A DNA stretch of 58,158 nt from a virus (IMGVR_UViG_3300011116_000399:1-58158); one strand, 5' to 3'. Shown: positions 1-9,221, counted from the stretch's first letter. The notes: generated by a model not told the origin, from the sequence alone. Numbers and translations: made by a program.

Positions 1-191
1 GGTTATGGAAGCACAGCGTCGTTTGGGTTTTGCAATTAACAAAGCCCTAAATGATTTACCTTTTAACAAAGCGGTTTCAGTTGGTGACATGGTTTCATGG
101 CAATCATCAGGTGGCAGAGCAGAAGGCAAAGTTTTAAGAATTGCTCGCTCAGGTCGCATCAATGTTCCTGATTCATCTTTTAACATCCAAG
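1..191. repeat. Terminal direct overlap with 57968..58158 (circular or circularly permuted genome, unit about 57,967 bp)
   Basis: 1..191 matches 57968..58158 except A123/C58090 and C168/A58135. An ORF reads across the junction. Confidence 0.97.
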
Positions 192-298
192 GAACTGAAG
201 AAGACCCTGCCGCTTTAATTGTTTTGTACCGTGATGGAAAACCAACTGACACTAAAGTTGGACATAAGGTTTCTACTCTAAAAAAAAGTAGAGATTGA
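5..298 (+). CDS. 3' part of a junction-spanning head-associated protein (true start ATG 57831, 144 aa) with a DUF2945/Hva1 Tudor-like domain
   Basis: In frame with ATG 57831 across the overlap. VGDMVSW-S-GG...G.EEDPAALI...VGHKVSTL pattern. Confidence 0.8.
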   Translation: MEAQRRLGFAINKALNDLPFNKAVSVGDMVSWQSSGGRAEGKVLRIARSGRINVPDSSFNIQGTEEDPAALIVLYRDGKPTDTKVGHKVSTLKKSRD

Positions 299-500
299 AA
301 AGCACGGCGACCATGACCAATCAAGTCATGGAGACCGATACAACGCAGACGATTCTGAAGGAGAAGATTCTTCAGAGGCAAAGAATCCAAAACCAAATTT
401 CACTCCATACAAGGATGATTCTGAAGGTGAGTTTGAAGATTTAGATTATGATGACCCAAAGTACATGGACACTATGGATTTGAAACCGAGGAGAAAATGA
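282..500 (+). CDS. Start-less +1-frame extension carrying the KHGDHDQSSHG tag and an acidic peptide, reached via the A8 run at 280-287
   Basis: Open from after TAA 279-281 to TGA 498-500. Encodes VEIEKHGDHDQSSHG... and its stop overlaps ATG 497 (ATGA). Confidence 0.65.
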   Translation, partial: KKVEIEKHGDHDQSSHGDRYNADDSEGEDSSEAKNPKPNFTPYKDDSEGEFEDLDYDDPKYMDTMDLKPRRK

Positions 501-769
501 TGAGTGCATCGATAATTGATGACACCATCCAAGTTTTGACCTCGATGAATTTAACCGTCACCAAGGTGACAACCCCGCCTGGGTATGCAGGGATACAGGT
601 TTATTTACCCAACGACACTCAAGCATTTTTTATATGGGCAAAAATCGACAAAGATGATTTCCACTTTAGAATGGCTAGATTTTGGCAAAGCGAGAACCCT
701 TTTTCTATGTGGATTGCCCCTAATTTGATTCAAGCATTGGCTAAAACGAGGGTTCTAACCAATCAGTAA
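497..769 (+). CDS. Hypothetical protein
   Basis: 90-aa ORF with GAGGAG SD. Confidence 0.75.
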   Translation: MMSASIIDDTIQVLTSMNLTVTKVTTPPGYAGIQVYLPNDTQAFFIWAKIDKDDFHFRMARFWQSENPFSMWIAPNLIQALAKTRVLTNQ

Positions 770-792
770 ATAGGCTCGAATTACACTTGTGT

Positions 793-874
793 TATTATTT
801 GTTGGTCAAGACCCGAGGTTAGTTTTATTAGCCCTATGCTAAAAGACTTTCCTCTAGTTTGTTAGGAGCATAAA
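793..874 (+). promoter_or_regulatory. Probable head-operon promoter (-10 TATTAT) and structured leader before the TTG start
   Basis: TATTAT at 793-798; hairpin at about 825-854 (GAGG/CCTC, AGTTTT/AAGACT, TTAGC/GCTAA); AGGAG SD. Confidence 0.45.
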
Positions 875-1681
875 TTGGCAAAACCCCGTACCCGCAAAAT
901 GGTGAATTTAGCCATTGAGGAAACGAGTGGCGTAGACCATCCAGCGCATCTACATGAGGGTTGGCTTGTAATGAAGTCAGCCTCCGAATCTGAAGTTCAG
1001 AGGGTTCTCGACAAATCGCTGACCGAGGAGGACTCCAATATGGAGGATATGAAAACTACCGAGGCAACTGAAGATAAGGTTGAAAAAACCGTTGAGGAAG
1101 AACTAGCGGCGGCGCAAGCCCGTATCGCAGAACTCGAAGCCAAACTCGCCGAAAAGGAAGAAAAACCTGAATTGGAAGTTGAAATGGCGATGGGTCAAGA
1201 CTCAAAGGAACCTAAAAAGGAAGAAGAGGACTATATGAAGTCCGCTCCTGCTCCAGTTGTTAAAATGATTGAAGACTTGAGAAAACAGGCAGAGGAGGCA
1301 ACCGCTGAATTACGCAAAGAGCGTGAAGCCCGTGCCGATGCTCAAGCCGTTGAAAAAGCAAAGGGTTGGGCTAACCTCAACTTCGATGCAGAGAAAGTTG
1401 GACCAGCGCTTCGTCGTTTGTCCGAAACTGATTCAGAGTTAGCAAAGAGCATTGAAGAAGTTCTTTCTTCAGTAAACGCTCAAGCAGAATCAGCATCTAT
1501 TTTTGCAGAAATCGGCAAATCTGCGGACTTCAAATCAGGCAATGCTTATGAGCGTATGACTACGCTTGCTAAGTCTGCCGTTGAAGAGGGTGTAGCAAAG
1601 TCATTCGCTCAGGCGATGGCTGATGTTGCGTCAAAAAACCCTGACCTTTACAGCCAATACCTATCCGAGAAAGGTGCCTAA
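875..1681 (+). CDS. Capsid scaffolding protein with an N-terminal protease-like IEETSGVDHPA segment
   Basis: E/K-rich coiled coil; lies between protease and capsid genes; AGGAG plus TTG start. Confidence 0.8.
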   Translation: MAKPRTRKMVNLAIEETSGVDHPAHLHEGWLVMKSASESEVQRVLDKSLTEEDSNMEDMKTTEATEDKVEKTVEEELAAAQARIAELEAKLAEKEEKPELEVEMAMGQDSKEPKKEEEDYMKSAPAPVVKMIEDLRKQAEEATAELRKEREARADAQAVEKAKGWANLNFDAEKVGPALRRLSETDSELAKSIEEVLSSVNAQAESASIFAEIGKSADFKSGNAYERMTTLAKSAVEEGVAKSFAQAMADVASKNPDLYSQYLSEKGA

Positions 1682-1684
1682 AAC

Positions 1685-2080
1685 ATGGCATACGAAATCT
1701 CTAACTACTCGGTAAAGGTCACCCTCGTTGCAGGTGCCGACCTTTCCAGTAAGCAATACACATTCGTCAAGTTGGATTCATCAGGACAAGCAGTTGCCGC
1801 ATCAGGCGCTACTGATATTCCAATCGGCGTACTACAAAATGCTCCAACTTCAGGACAGGAAGCAGAAGTGCTTGTTGTCGGTGGAACAAAGATTGTTGCG
1901 GGAGCGGCAATCGGCGAAGGCGCACTTGTTGGCACATCTGCAACAGGCAAGGCAGTAGCCTTGGTTGCTGGTACAGATACCACTAAGTATGTTGTTGGAA
2001 CTCTTCTGACCGAATCTGCGGCAGATGGAAACATCGTCACAGCCGTAATCAACTGCGCTAATCCAGGCAGAGCGGCATAA
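1685..2080 (+). CDS. Capsid cement/decoration protein (DUF2190-like)
   Basis: Small A/G/V-rich protein (IGVLQN.P..GQ.A.V...G.TK) immediately before the major capsid gene. Confidence 0.8.
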   Translation: MAYEISNYSVKVTLVAGADLSSKQYTFVKLDSSGQAVAASGATDIPIGVLQNAPTSGQEAEVLVVGGTKIVAGAAIGEGALVGTSATGKAVALVAGTDTTKYVVGTLLTESAADGNIVTAVINCANPGRAA

Positions 2081-2093
2081 GGGGGAAAAATAA

Positions 2094-3071
2094 ATGCCAC
2101 AGCCAAACATTAACTCCGTCCATGTGGACGCAATTCTTACAAATATCTCGGTTGCATATTTACAAAACCAAGATAACTTTATCGCTGACAAGGTATTCCC
2201 AGTAATCCCTGTCGATAAGAAGAGCGATAAATACTTTACTTACACCAAGAACGATTGGTTCCGTGACGAGGCTCAACGCCGTGCGCCTGGAACTGAATCC
2301 GCAGGTGGCGGTTACAACCTATCAACAGGAACATATTCAGCAGATGTATGGGCTTTCCATAAAGATGTTGATGACCAAACTGTTGCAAACGCAGACGCTC
2401 CTCTAAACCCTCTTCGTGAGGCAACAGAGTTCGTTACTCGTCGTTTGATGCTTCGTCGTGAACTACAATGGGTATCCGATTTCTTCGGAACTGGTGTATG
2501 GGCTGACGATGTAACAGGTGTTGCTGGCGCCCCATCTTCAGGTGAGACAAAGCAATGGTCTGATTACACTTCTTCTGACCCAATTTCAGATATTGAAAAT
2601 GGTAAGGCAGAAATCCTAGGAAACACAGGAATGGAAGCAAACACTTTGGTTCTTGGATACGATGTATTCAAGGCACTAAAGAACCACCCTGACCTAGTAG
2701 ACCGCATCAAGTACACATCTTCACAAACAATCACAACCGACATGTTAGCCGCAATGTTTGACATTCCTCGAGTTATGGTTGCTAAGGCAGTCAAGGCAAC
2801 AAACAACGAAGGTGCATCAGAGGCTTATGCCTTTGCACACGGCAAGAAGGCTCTTCTATGCCATGTTGCTCCACAGCCTGGACTACTAACCCCTTCCGCT
2901 GGATACACATTCGCATGGACTGGTGTATCAGGTGGATTAGGTGCAACAATCGGAACTTCACAGTTCCGTATGGAATCCATTAAGTCAGACCGAGTAGAAG
3001 CAGAAATCGCTTTCGATAACAAAGTTATTTCTTCTGACCTTGGCTACTTTTGGAATACCATCGTCGCTTAA
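2094..3071 (+). CDS. Major capsid protein
   Basis: VDAILTNISVAY...FIADKVFP.IPV N-terminus typical of gpE-like capsid proteins; 325 aa; followed by a terminator. Confidence 0.9.
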   Translation: MPQPNINSVHVDAILTNISVAYLQNQDNFIADKVFPVIPVDKKSDKYFTYTKNDWFRDEAQRRAPGTESAGGGYNLSTGTYSADVWAFHKDVDDQTVANADAPLNPLREATEFVTRRLMLRRELQWVSDFFGTGVWADDVTGVAGAPSSGETKQWSDYTSSDPISDIENGKAEILGNTGMEANTLVLGYDVFKALKNHPDLVDRIKYTSSQTITTDMLAAMFDIPRVMVAKAVKATNNEGASEAYAFAHGKKALLCHVAPQPGLLTPSAGYTFAWTGVSGGLGATIGTSQFRMESIKSDRVEAEIAFDNKVISSDLGYFWNTIVA

Positions 3072-3081
3072 TTAGTTAAAC

Positions 3082-3126
3082 GAAGGGGGTGGGACTTTTG
3101 AAGGTCTCACTCCCTTCCTTTATTTA
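3082..3126 (+). terminator. Intrinsic terminator/stem-loop after the capsid gene
   Basis: GAAGGGGGTGGGACTT / AGGTCTCACTCCCTTC hairpin with T-rich tail. Confidence 0.75.
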
Positions 3127-3135
3127 GGAGAAAAA

Positions 3136-3480
3136 ATGGCATTAGTAAACAGACTTTCCAAGGGTGAAGTAGCAGTAGGCGCATTACAAGTTGGCGATAA
3201 CGACACCGTTTACGGTATCGAATTTGGAACTGTATCAATCGACCCTGCTTCAATCAACGCAACAACCCGTGGTGGAACAACCTTTACTTTGACTGGTGCG
3301 GCTACAACCGACATCATTATTGTGAATCCACCATCAGACTTAAATGATGACTTGATTTATTGTGGCGCCGCAGTTACAGCCGCAGATACAGTCACCGTTT
3401 ATCTTTACAACCCAACCGCAGGTTCAATTAACCAAGCGGCGGCAACATTCTCATATTGCTGGATTGACACAACCGCATAA
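3136..3480 (+). CDS. Head decoration/fibre-like structural protein
   Basis: T/A/V-rich beta protein, AGGAG SD, follows the capsid gene. Confidence 0.7.
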   Translation: MALVNRLSKGEVAVGALQVGDNDTVYGIEFGTVSIDPASINATTRGGTTFTLTGAATTDIIIVNPPSDLNDDLIYCGAAVTAADTVTVYLYNPTAGSINQAAATFSYCWIDTTA

Positions 3481-3481
3481 T

Positions 3482-3688
3482 ATGAAAGCACAAATTCTTA
3501 AATCAATGATTGTTGAAGGTCGCAAACTTGTGGCTGGAGATATTGTAGAAGTCAAGGGTTGGCGTCATGCTAAGGCTTTGGCTAATAATCGCTACATCAA
3601 ATTGATTGAAGAAGATGTAGTTGAAGAAAAAGTAGCAGAGGCTCCAAAGCCAAAGGCTACAAAAAAATCAAAAGAAGTCGCTGAATAG
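3482..3688 (+). CDS. Small head-associated protein (true start ATG 3482)
   Basis: MKAQILKSMIV...GDIVEV with a K/E-rich tail; abuts the previous stop. Confidence 0.7.
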   Translation: MKAQILKSMIVEGRKLVAGDIVEVKGWRHAKALANNRYIKLIEEDVVEEKVAEAPKPKATKKSKEVAE

Positions 3689-3691
3689 TGC

Positions 3692-3731
3692 AAAGGGCGA
3701 TTCGGTAAAATGAGTCGCCCTTTCTTTTCTT
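3692..3731 (+). terminator. Intrinsic terminator
   Basis: AAAGGGCGATTC / GAGTCGCCCTTT followed by CTTTTCTT. Confidence 0.8.
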
Positions 3732-3741
3732 AGGAGTTTAT

Positions 3742-4014
3742 ATGGCAGTATCACACCAAAGAGTTTCAGTAGGAACCACCGCTACACAATTAACATCCGA
3801 TGCGGATGGAAGAGATGGACAGACAATTAGTATTCAGGTTCCCTCAGCGGGAGCAACTGTCTATTTAGGTGGTGCAGGAGTAACAACAACAAGTTATGGT
3901 TATGAGTTGCTTGGGGGAACAAGTTTTTCTGTGGAGTTACAACAAGGAGAAAAAGTTTTTGGTGTTGTAGCCTCTAGCACACAAACTGTAAATGTATTCA
4001 GACAAGGCGCTTAA
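3742..4014 (+). CDS. Structural protein (spike/decoration-like)
   Basis: Beta-rich 90 aa; AGGAG SD. Confidence 0.7.
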   Translation: MAVSHQRVSVGTTATQLTSDADGRDGQTISIQVPSAGATVYLGGAGVTTTSYGYELLGGTSFSVELQQGEKVFGVVASSTQTVNVFRQGA

Positions 4015-4017
4015 ATT

Positions 4018-4563
4018 ATGGCGTTACCAGCATCATTATCAACTTGCACCGTTGTGGGTACTTATGTTGATTTAGTTGGTAACCCTGTTCGTGGTTCTAT
4101 CAACTTCACACCTCAAACAATCCTCAAAGAAGTTACAGCCAATGTCATTTTAATCCCAGTTGTAATTCAAAAAACTTTTGATTCAAGTGGTTCTTTTAGT
4201 GTTGTTTTACCTGTAACAAGCGATACAGATGTAATACCCCAACCTTTTATTTACACTATTGAAGAAAACTTTACTGGTGGTAGAACTATTGAGATTGCCT
4301 TGCCTCTATCAGTCGCAGGAACCACCCAAAACCTTGCAGATTTACTCCCTGCGCTATCTTCAGCGGACGCCGCTAGTTATGTGTCAGTAGACGCTTATCA
4401 GGCTCTATTAGCCCGTTACAACGATGCTGAGAGCATCCGTGTGCTTGTGGTAGACGCCGATGAATATGTAGATGATGCCGAGGGATATGCCTCAGATGCC
4501 TCAACAGCGGCGGCTTCTCTAAGTAACTATAATTCAAATCAGTTTATGTTAATGGGAGTCTAA
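4018..4563 (+). CDS. Fibre-anchoring structural protein (paralog of 4763..5440)
   Basis: MALP.SL.T..V.G.YVD..GNP..G N-terminus shared with 4763; ends FMLMGV. Confidence 0.75.
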   Translation: MALPASLSTCTVVGTYVDLVGNPVRGSINFTPQTILKEVTANVILIPVVIQKTFDSSGSFSVVLPVTSDTDVIPQPFIYTIEENFTGGRTIEIALPLSVAGTTQNLADLLPALSSADAASYVSVDAYQALLARYNDAESIRVLVVDADEYVDDAEGYASDASTAAASLSNYNSNQFMLMGV

Positions 4564-4564
4564 A

Positions 4565-4762
4565 GTGGCAGAGCCGTATGTACCCATAGCCGATTACACG
4601 ACCTATAACAATTTATTGATTGAACTTGAGGTTACGACAGACAGCGCTGAAACCAATGCTGATGCCCTCGACCTTGCAGTTGATAATGCTTTAGTTCATA
4701 AGCAAACGGCAGAGAACGCAGTTGCTTCTAAGTTTGATTTGTTCTTTTTGGTAGGTGCATAA
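4565..4762 (+). CDS. Small structural protein
   Basis: GTG start with tight coupling; ends FFLVGA. Confidence 0.7.
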   Translation: MAEPYVPIADYTTYNNLLIELEVTTDSAETNADALDLAVDNALVHKQTAENAVASKFDLFFLVGA

Positions 4763-5440
4763 ATGGCGCTCGCACCGAGTTTAACCACGGTTCAAATTAC
4801 TGGTAATTATGTAGATTTTGAGGGTAATCCAATCCAAGGTCAGGTTAGATTTACTTTAGGAGATGTAATCCGTAATGGTACTGATGACCAAATGATTGCA
4901 CCATCAAGTGTAGTTGTTGGTTTAAGTAGCGGTGCTTTTACGGTAACCCTTCCTGCTACAAATGACCCTGACACAGTTCCAATCCCTTTTACCTATACAG
5001 TTGAAGAATCATTTCCTGGGGGTCGCTCTTACACAATTTCAGTTCCTTATGACACCGTAGGCTCTTTAGATTTAGCAGATTTAAGCCCAACTCCTACATT
5101 AAGTGAAACATTCACTCAGGCTATCGACCAAACATCTTGGAACGCACTAGAGGCAGATATTGATGCCCTCGATGTTGAAATCAATCAGACAACAGACAAA
5201 ATTCTTGCTACGGGCAAGTATTGGTATATCCCTAGTACATACGCTACTTATACAGCGCTAGATACTGCGTTTGCTACCTATACCGCCTTAACCGCTGGTA
5301 CTTACAGTTTAGATGGCGCTGATATTGCCACCTTTGTAACTACGGCTCAGGGCTATGAGTCAGCGGCTTCAGCAAGTGCAACAACAGCCACAAATACTGC
5401 GACTGGTACAATCAGTCCATTACTTCTAATCGGAGGATAA
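4763..5440 (+). CDS. Fibre-anchoring structural protein
   Basis: Paralog of 4018; TYATYTAL repeats; ends LLLIGG. Confidence 0.75.
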   Translation: MALAPSLTTVQITGNYVDFEGNPIQGQVRFTLGDVIRNGTDDQMIAPSSVVVGLSSGAFTVTLPATNDPDTVPIPFTYTVEESFPGGRSYTISVPYDTVGSLDLADLSPTPTLSETFTQAIDQTSWNALEADIDALDVEINQTTDKILATGKYWYIPSTYATYTALDTAFATYTALTAGTYSLDGADIATFVTTAQGYESAASASATTATNTATGTISPLLLIGG

Positions 5441-5444
5441 CCGC

Positions 5445-5774
5445 ATGGCAACTACCTACAAAGTCCTAGGACAATCAAACCCTAGTGCGACGACTGCCAC
5501 GACGCTGTATACCTGTCCCGCCGCAACACAAACGGTTATCTCGACCATAACAGTTACCAATCAAGCGGGTACTTCAGGCACATACAGAATCGCAGTTCGT
5601 CCAAACGGAGCAACTTTAGCAACAGAACATTATCTAGTTTATGACGCAACAATTCCAGCAAACTCAGTCACCGCCTACACTTTAGGTATCACTATTGATG
5701 CTTCGGATGTAGTGACTGTTTATGCGTCATCAGGAAATTTTTCATTCAATGCGTTCGGAAGCGAGATAGCATAA
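5445..5774 (+). CDS. Small beta-sandwich fibre adaptor
   Basis: MATTYKVLGQ...LYT.P...FG.EI pattern of small virion proteins. Confidence 0.7.
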   Translation: MATTYKVLGQSNPSATTATTLYTCPAATQTVISTITVTNQAGTSGTYRIAVRPNGATLATEHYLVYDATIPANSVTAYTLGITIDASDVVTVYASSGNFSFNAFGSEIA

Positions 5775-5775
5775 T

Positions 5776-6765
5776 ATGGCAATTACAACCAATGGCAAAG
5801 TATCAATTACAAACTTACAGGTTGGTAGTTCTGCCGACCTAGCAAGTATCATTTCTGATGAATCAGGAACAGGCGTTCTCGCTTTCACTAATAGTCCAAC
5901 CTTTACAACCCCCAATCTTGGTACACCATCTGCTGTAACTCTTACTAATGGAACTGGTTTACCAGTAAGCGGAATTAGTGCCTCTACATCTGCGGCAATC
6001 GGCGTAGGAACGATTGAACTTGGACACGCAACCGATACTACTATCGCACGAAGTTCTGCTGGTGTTGTAACCATCGAAGGTGTTGTTGTTGATACGATTT
6101 CTGCCGCAAACACTTTGACAAATAAGACAATTAGCGGTTCAAATAACACAATTACAAATGTTTCTTTGACAACTGGCGTCACAGGAACCTTACCCGTCGC
6201 TAACGGCGGAACAGGTATTACTTCCCTAGGAACAGGTGTAGCAACATTTTTAGGAACACCATCAAGTGCTAATTTAATCTCAGCAATTACTGACGAAACA
6301 GGCACAGGTTCTCTTGTTTTTGGCACAAGCCCAACAATCGCTACACCTGCTATTTCGGGCGGAACTCTAGTTGATTCTGTAATTAGAGGTCTTGAAGAAG
6401 ATGTAAATGTTGTTGCTTCTGCGGCAACTGGAACTATTAACTTTGATATAGCAACAGCATCCGTTTGGTATTACACATCAAACGCAACCGCTAATCATAC
6501 TTTGAATTTTAGATATAATTCAGGCACTACTTTGAATAGCGCTTTGGCTGTTGGCGACGCAATTACTGTTGTATGGCTCAACACGAATGGCGCAACTGCC
6601 TACTATCCAAATGTTATTCAAATTGATGGTAACGCAGTAACTCCTAAAGTTCCAGCGGCGATTTCTGCTGGAAATGCTTCGGCTATCGATGCGTATTCAT
6701 TCACGATTATCAAGACTGCCTCTGCTACATTTACCGTCCTAGAAACACAAACTAAGTTCGCTTAA
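5776..6765 (+). CDS. Fibre protein
   Basis: T/G/S-rich; repeated ISDE(S/T)GTG.L.F..SPT; TLTNKTI and GTLPVANGGTG fibre motifs. Confidence 0.8.
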   Translation: MAITTNGKVSITNLQVGSSADLASIISDESGTGVLAFTNSPTFTTPNLGTPSAVTLTNGTGLPVSGISASTSAAIGVGTIELGHATDTTIARSSAGVVTIEGVVVDTISAANTLTNKTISGSNNTITNVSLTTGVTGTLPVANGGTGITSLGTGVATFLGTPSSANLISAITDETGTGSLVFGTSPTIATPAISGGTLVDSVIRGLEEDVNVVASAATGTINFDIATASVWYYTSNATANHTLNFRYNSGTTLNSALAVGDAITVVWLNTNGATAYYPNVIQIDGNAVTPKVPAAISAGNASAIDAYSFTIIKTASATFTVLETQTKFA

Positions 6766-6774
6766 GGGGATTCC

Positions 6775-7380
6775 ATGTCACCGATTATCGGTTCACTAGC
6801 GGGAGCCTCTGCTCAAGGTTTCGGCGGATTTAGAGTTGTTAGTAGTAGTGGTGGTGGTGAGACATTTGAGTCAATTCAAACAGTAACCAGCAGTAGTGCT
6901 TTCTTCTCAGCACAATTTAATTCTATTCCACAAACTTACAAACATCTACAATTAAGAATTTTATACGGTGAAAGTAGAACTGTTAATGATGTGGATTATT
7001 TACGAATTAGAGTTAATGGCAGAAGCGCAAATTATTGGAGAGTTGCGTATGGTAATTTCAATCTTACTGCCGCATCAGGTAACGCTGTTGGTAATGATGC
7101 CTTTTATTCCTCATTATCTGCCATAAGCAATGGAAGCACTTACACAGGCTCTTTTGGCACGGCTGTTCTTTATTTCATGGATTATACGAATACAAATAAA
7201 AAACCTAATTTAATGGGTTGGACTGGTGCGGCAAATTCAGGTGGTTATGTAGCCTCTGCGGAAGCGGGTATGACTTCTAATACTGCAAATGAAGCAATAA
7301 CTTCAATGGAAGTTTATATTGAGCCTACTTTGAACTTCAAGGCTTATAGCCATGTAGCATTATATGGAATAAGAGGATAA
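6775..7380 (+). CDS. Receptor-binding/adhesin-like subunit 1
   Basis: F.SIP.TY..L...Y.N...AIT...LYGI family; AT-rich. Confidence 0.7.
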   Translation: MSPIIGSLAGASAQGFGGFRVVSSSGGGETFESIQTVTSSSAFFSAQFNSIPQTYKHLQLRILYGESRTVNDVDYLRIRVNGRSANYWRVAYGNFNLTAASGNAVGNDAFYSSLSAISNGSTYTGSFGTAVLYFMDYTNTNKKPNLMGWTGAANSGGYVASAEAGMTSNTANEAITSMEVYIEPTLNFKAYSHVALYGIRG

Positions 7381-7382
7381 AA

Positions 7383-7883
7383 ATGGCAACCGCAACTTAT
7401 GAAGCAATAAAAACTTATACTGCCGCAAGTAATATCAGCACTTTTTCTTGGAACAGTATTCCCAGCACCTACACCGACTTAGTAATAATTGCTTATCTAA
7501 AAAACACAACAGGCAATAATTATGAATGTTATGTAAGATTTAATAATAATGCTTCAGGTAATCTTTATACTTACACTTTTGTTCAAAACTATAATGGTAC
7601 TTTGCAAGTAGGGCGTAATGCAACAATTAACGAAATAAGACAATTTAAGACTTCTGCCGCTAGATTTAGTGCGCATGAAATGAACATAATGCAATATAAA
7701 AATACTAATGTCTATAAACATACTCAGGGTAGAAGCGGAGATGTTTCTATAAATAGCGTGGTTAATGGTTATGGTCAATGGAGAGATTTGAGTGCTATTA
7801 CAGATATTACTTTAGTAATGGAGGCTGGTGCTGATATAGCAACTGGTAGTAGATTTGACCTCTATGGAATAAAGGCGGAATAA
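7383..7883 (+). CDS. Receptor-binding/adhesin-like subunit 2
   Basis: Paralog of 6775 and 7885 (SIPSTYTDL...LYGI). Confidence 0.7.
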   Translation: MATATYEAIKTYTAASNISTFSWNSIPSTYTDLVIIAYLKNTTGNNYECYVRFNNNASGNLYTYTFVQNYNGTLQVGRNATINEIRQFKTSAARFSAHEMNIMQYKNTNVYKHTQGRSGDVSINSVVNGYGQWRDLSAITDITLVMEAGADIATGSRFDLYGIKAE

Positions 7884-7884
7884 A

Positions 7885-8409
7885 ATGCCATCATCAATGA
7901 CTTTAATTCAAACTATAAATGGTACTGGTTCAAGTGGGGTATTTGATTTTACTTCAATACCCAATACTTACAAGCATTTAATGTTTATGTGGAGTTGCAG
8001 AGATACTGATGCCGCCGCACAAGGTGGTGGATTTAGTATTACATTAAACGGTTCTGGTGCTGATATGTTAGAAGGTTATTATTTTAATAATAATAATAAT
8101 GGTGCTATGAACGCTGGTGGTGGACCTTTTGCTGATTTTGGAATAACAATAAACGGAAATGGCAATGCCGCAGGAACTTATGGTGTAGGTGTTTTGTGTA
8201 TTCCTAATTATGCCAATACAAGTTATCCAAAACCTTCTTGGCAAAGTAGTATGCAATCTGTTTATGCGTCAGGAACTAACACCGCTTACCATTTTGGTAA
8301 AGCAAATCATTGGAATCAAACTGCCGCAATCAACAGAGTAACATTTACTAGTGGTGTAAATATAGATGCACAATCAAGAATATCTTTATACGGCATTTCA
8401 GGACTATAA
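7885..8409 (+). CDS. Receptor-binding/adhesin-like subunit 3
   Basis: Paralog (SIPNTYKHL...W..TAAI...LYGI). Confidence 0.7.
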   Translation: MPSSMTLIQTINGTGSSGVFDFTSIPNTYKHLMFMWSCRDTDAAAQGGGFSITLNGSGADMLEGYYFNNNNNGAMNAGGGPFADFGITINGNGNAAGTYGVGVLCIPNYANTSYPKPSWQSSMQSVYASGTNTAYHFGKANHWNQTAAINRVTFTSGVNIDAQSRISLYGISGL

Positions 8410-8422
8410 CTAAGGAGAAAAA

Positions 8423-8650
8423 ATGAGCAATATCGTAATAGAAGCAAACTGCACCACAGGTGAAGTAATTGAACGAGAAATGACAGCAGAAGAAATTGAA
8501 AACAGAGAAATAACAGGTGCGGCAATTAAGGCTGAGCGTGCTAAGTTAGAAGCCGAAGCACAAGCCAAGGCTGAACTTAAAGCATCTGCTCTTGCCAAAC
8601 TTGCTGAACTTGGTTTAACAGAAGATGAAGCCAAAGCCATCGCTGGCTAA
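8423..8650 (+). CDS. Fibre assembly chaperone-like protein
   Basis: N..TGE..EREMT.EE...KL..LGLTEDE; AAGGAG SD. Confidence 0.65.
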   Translation: MSNIVIEANCTTGEVIEREMTAEEIENREITGAAIKAERAKLEAEAQAKAELKASALAKLAELGLTEDEAKAIAG

Positions 8651-8675
8651 AGCATTTTGTAAAGGAGTATAAGTC

Positions 8676-9221
8676 ATGGCAGGTACAACGAGCAAAGGTC
8701 TACGCTATCCAACAGCGGGAGATAACCCTGCCGTTCATACTGATATTCTTAATTTAGCGACAGATGTAGATAGCGAGTTAGATAACTACATCCTTGCCTC
8801 ATCTCCAGCATTTACTTCAACAGTAACTCTTGGCGCTGGCAGTAACATTATTTTTGAAGGTTCAACAGATGATGGTTTTGAGACAACTCTTACAGTTGCC
8901 GACCCAACAGCAGATAGAACCGTCACTCTTCCTAACGCAACCACAACCCTTGTTGGAACCGATACAACTCAGACGCTAACTAACAAGACTCTAACTTCAC
9001 CAACAATTAGTAATGCCACTTTTACTGGTCAGCAATCAGGGCTACAAATTGCTTTCAATGATGCAATCGTATTTGAAGGTACAACAGCCGATGCTTATGA
9101 ATTGACTCTATCTGCTGGAGAGCCAACTTCAGATGTAACAGTTACCCTTCCTAATGAGTCAGATACTCTTGCCAACCAAAACTTTGTTCGAACATCTGTT
9201 TTAATGCTAGGTGGCATGTAA
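8676..9221 (+). CDS. Fibre protein
   Basis: Two copies of I.FEG.T.D..E.TL....PT.D.TVTLPN; ends LMLGGM. Confidence 0.75.
   Translation: MAGTTSKGLRYPTAGDNPAVHTDILNLATDVDSELDNYILASSPAFTSTVTLGAGSNIIFEGSTDDGFETTLTVADPTADRTVTLPNATTTLVGTDTTQTLTNKTLTSPTISNATFTGQQSGLQIAFNDAIVFEGTTADAYELTLSAGEPTSDVTVTLPNESDTLANQNFVRTSVLMLGGM

Noticed and set aside
1705-6326. Long antisense ORFs over structural genes (e.g. 1705..2106, 5742..6326; also 18472..19149)
   Set aside because: They mirror strongly biased sense codons and have no SD or recognisable motifs.
6775-8409. Diversity-generating retroelement acting on the adhesin genes
   Set aside because: No reverse transcriptase and no template/variable repeat pair seen.
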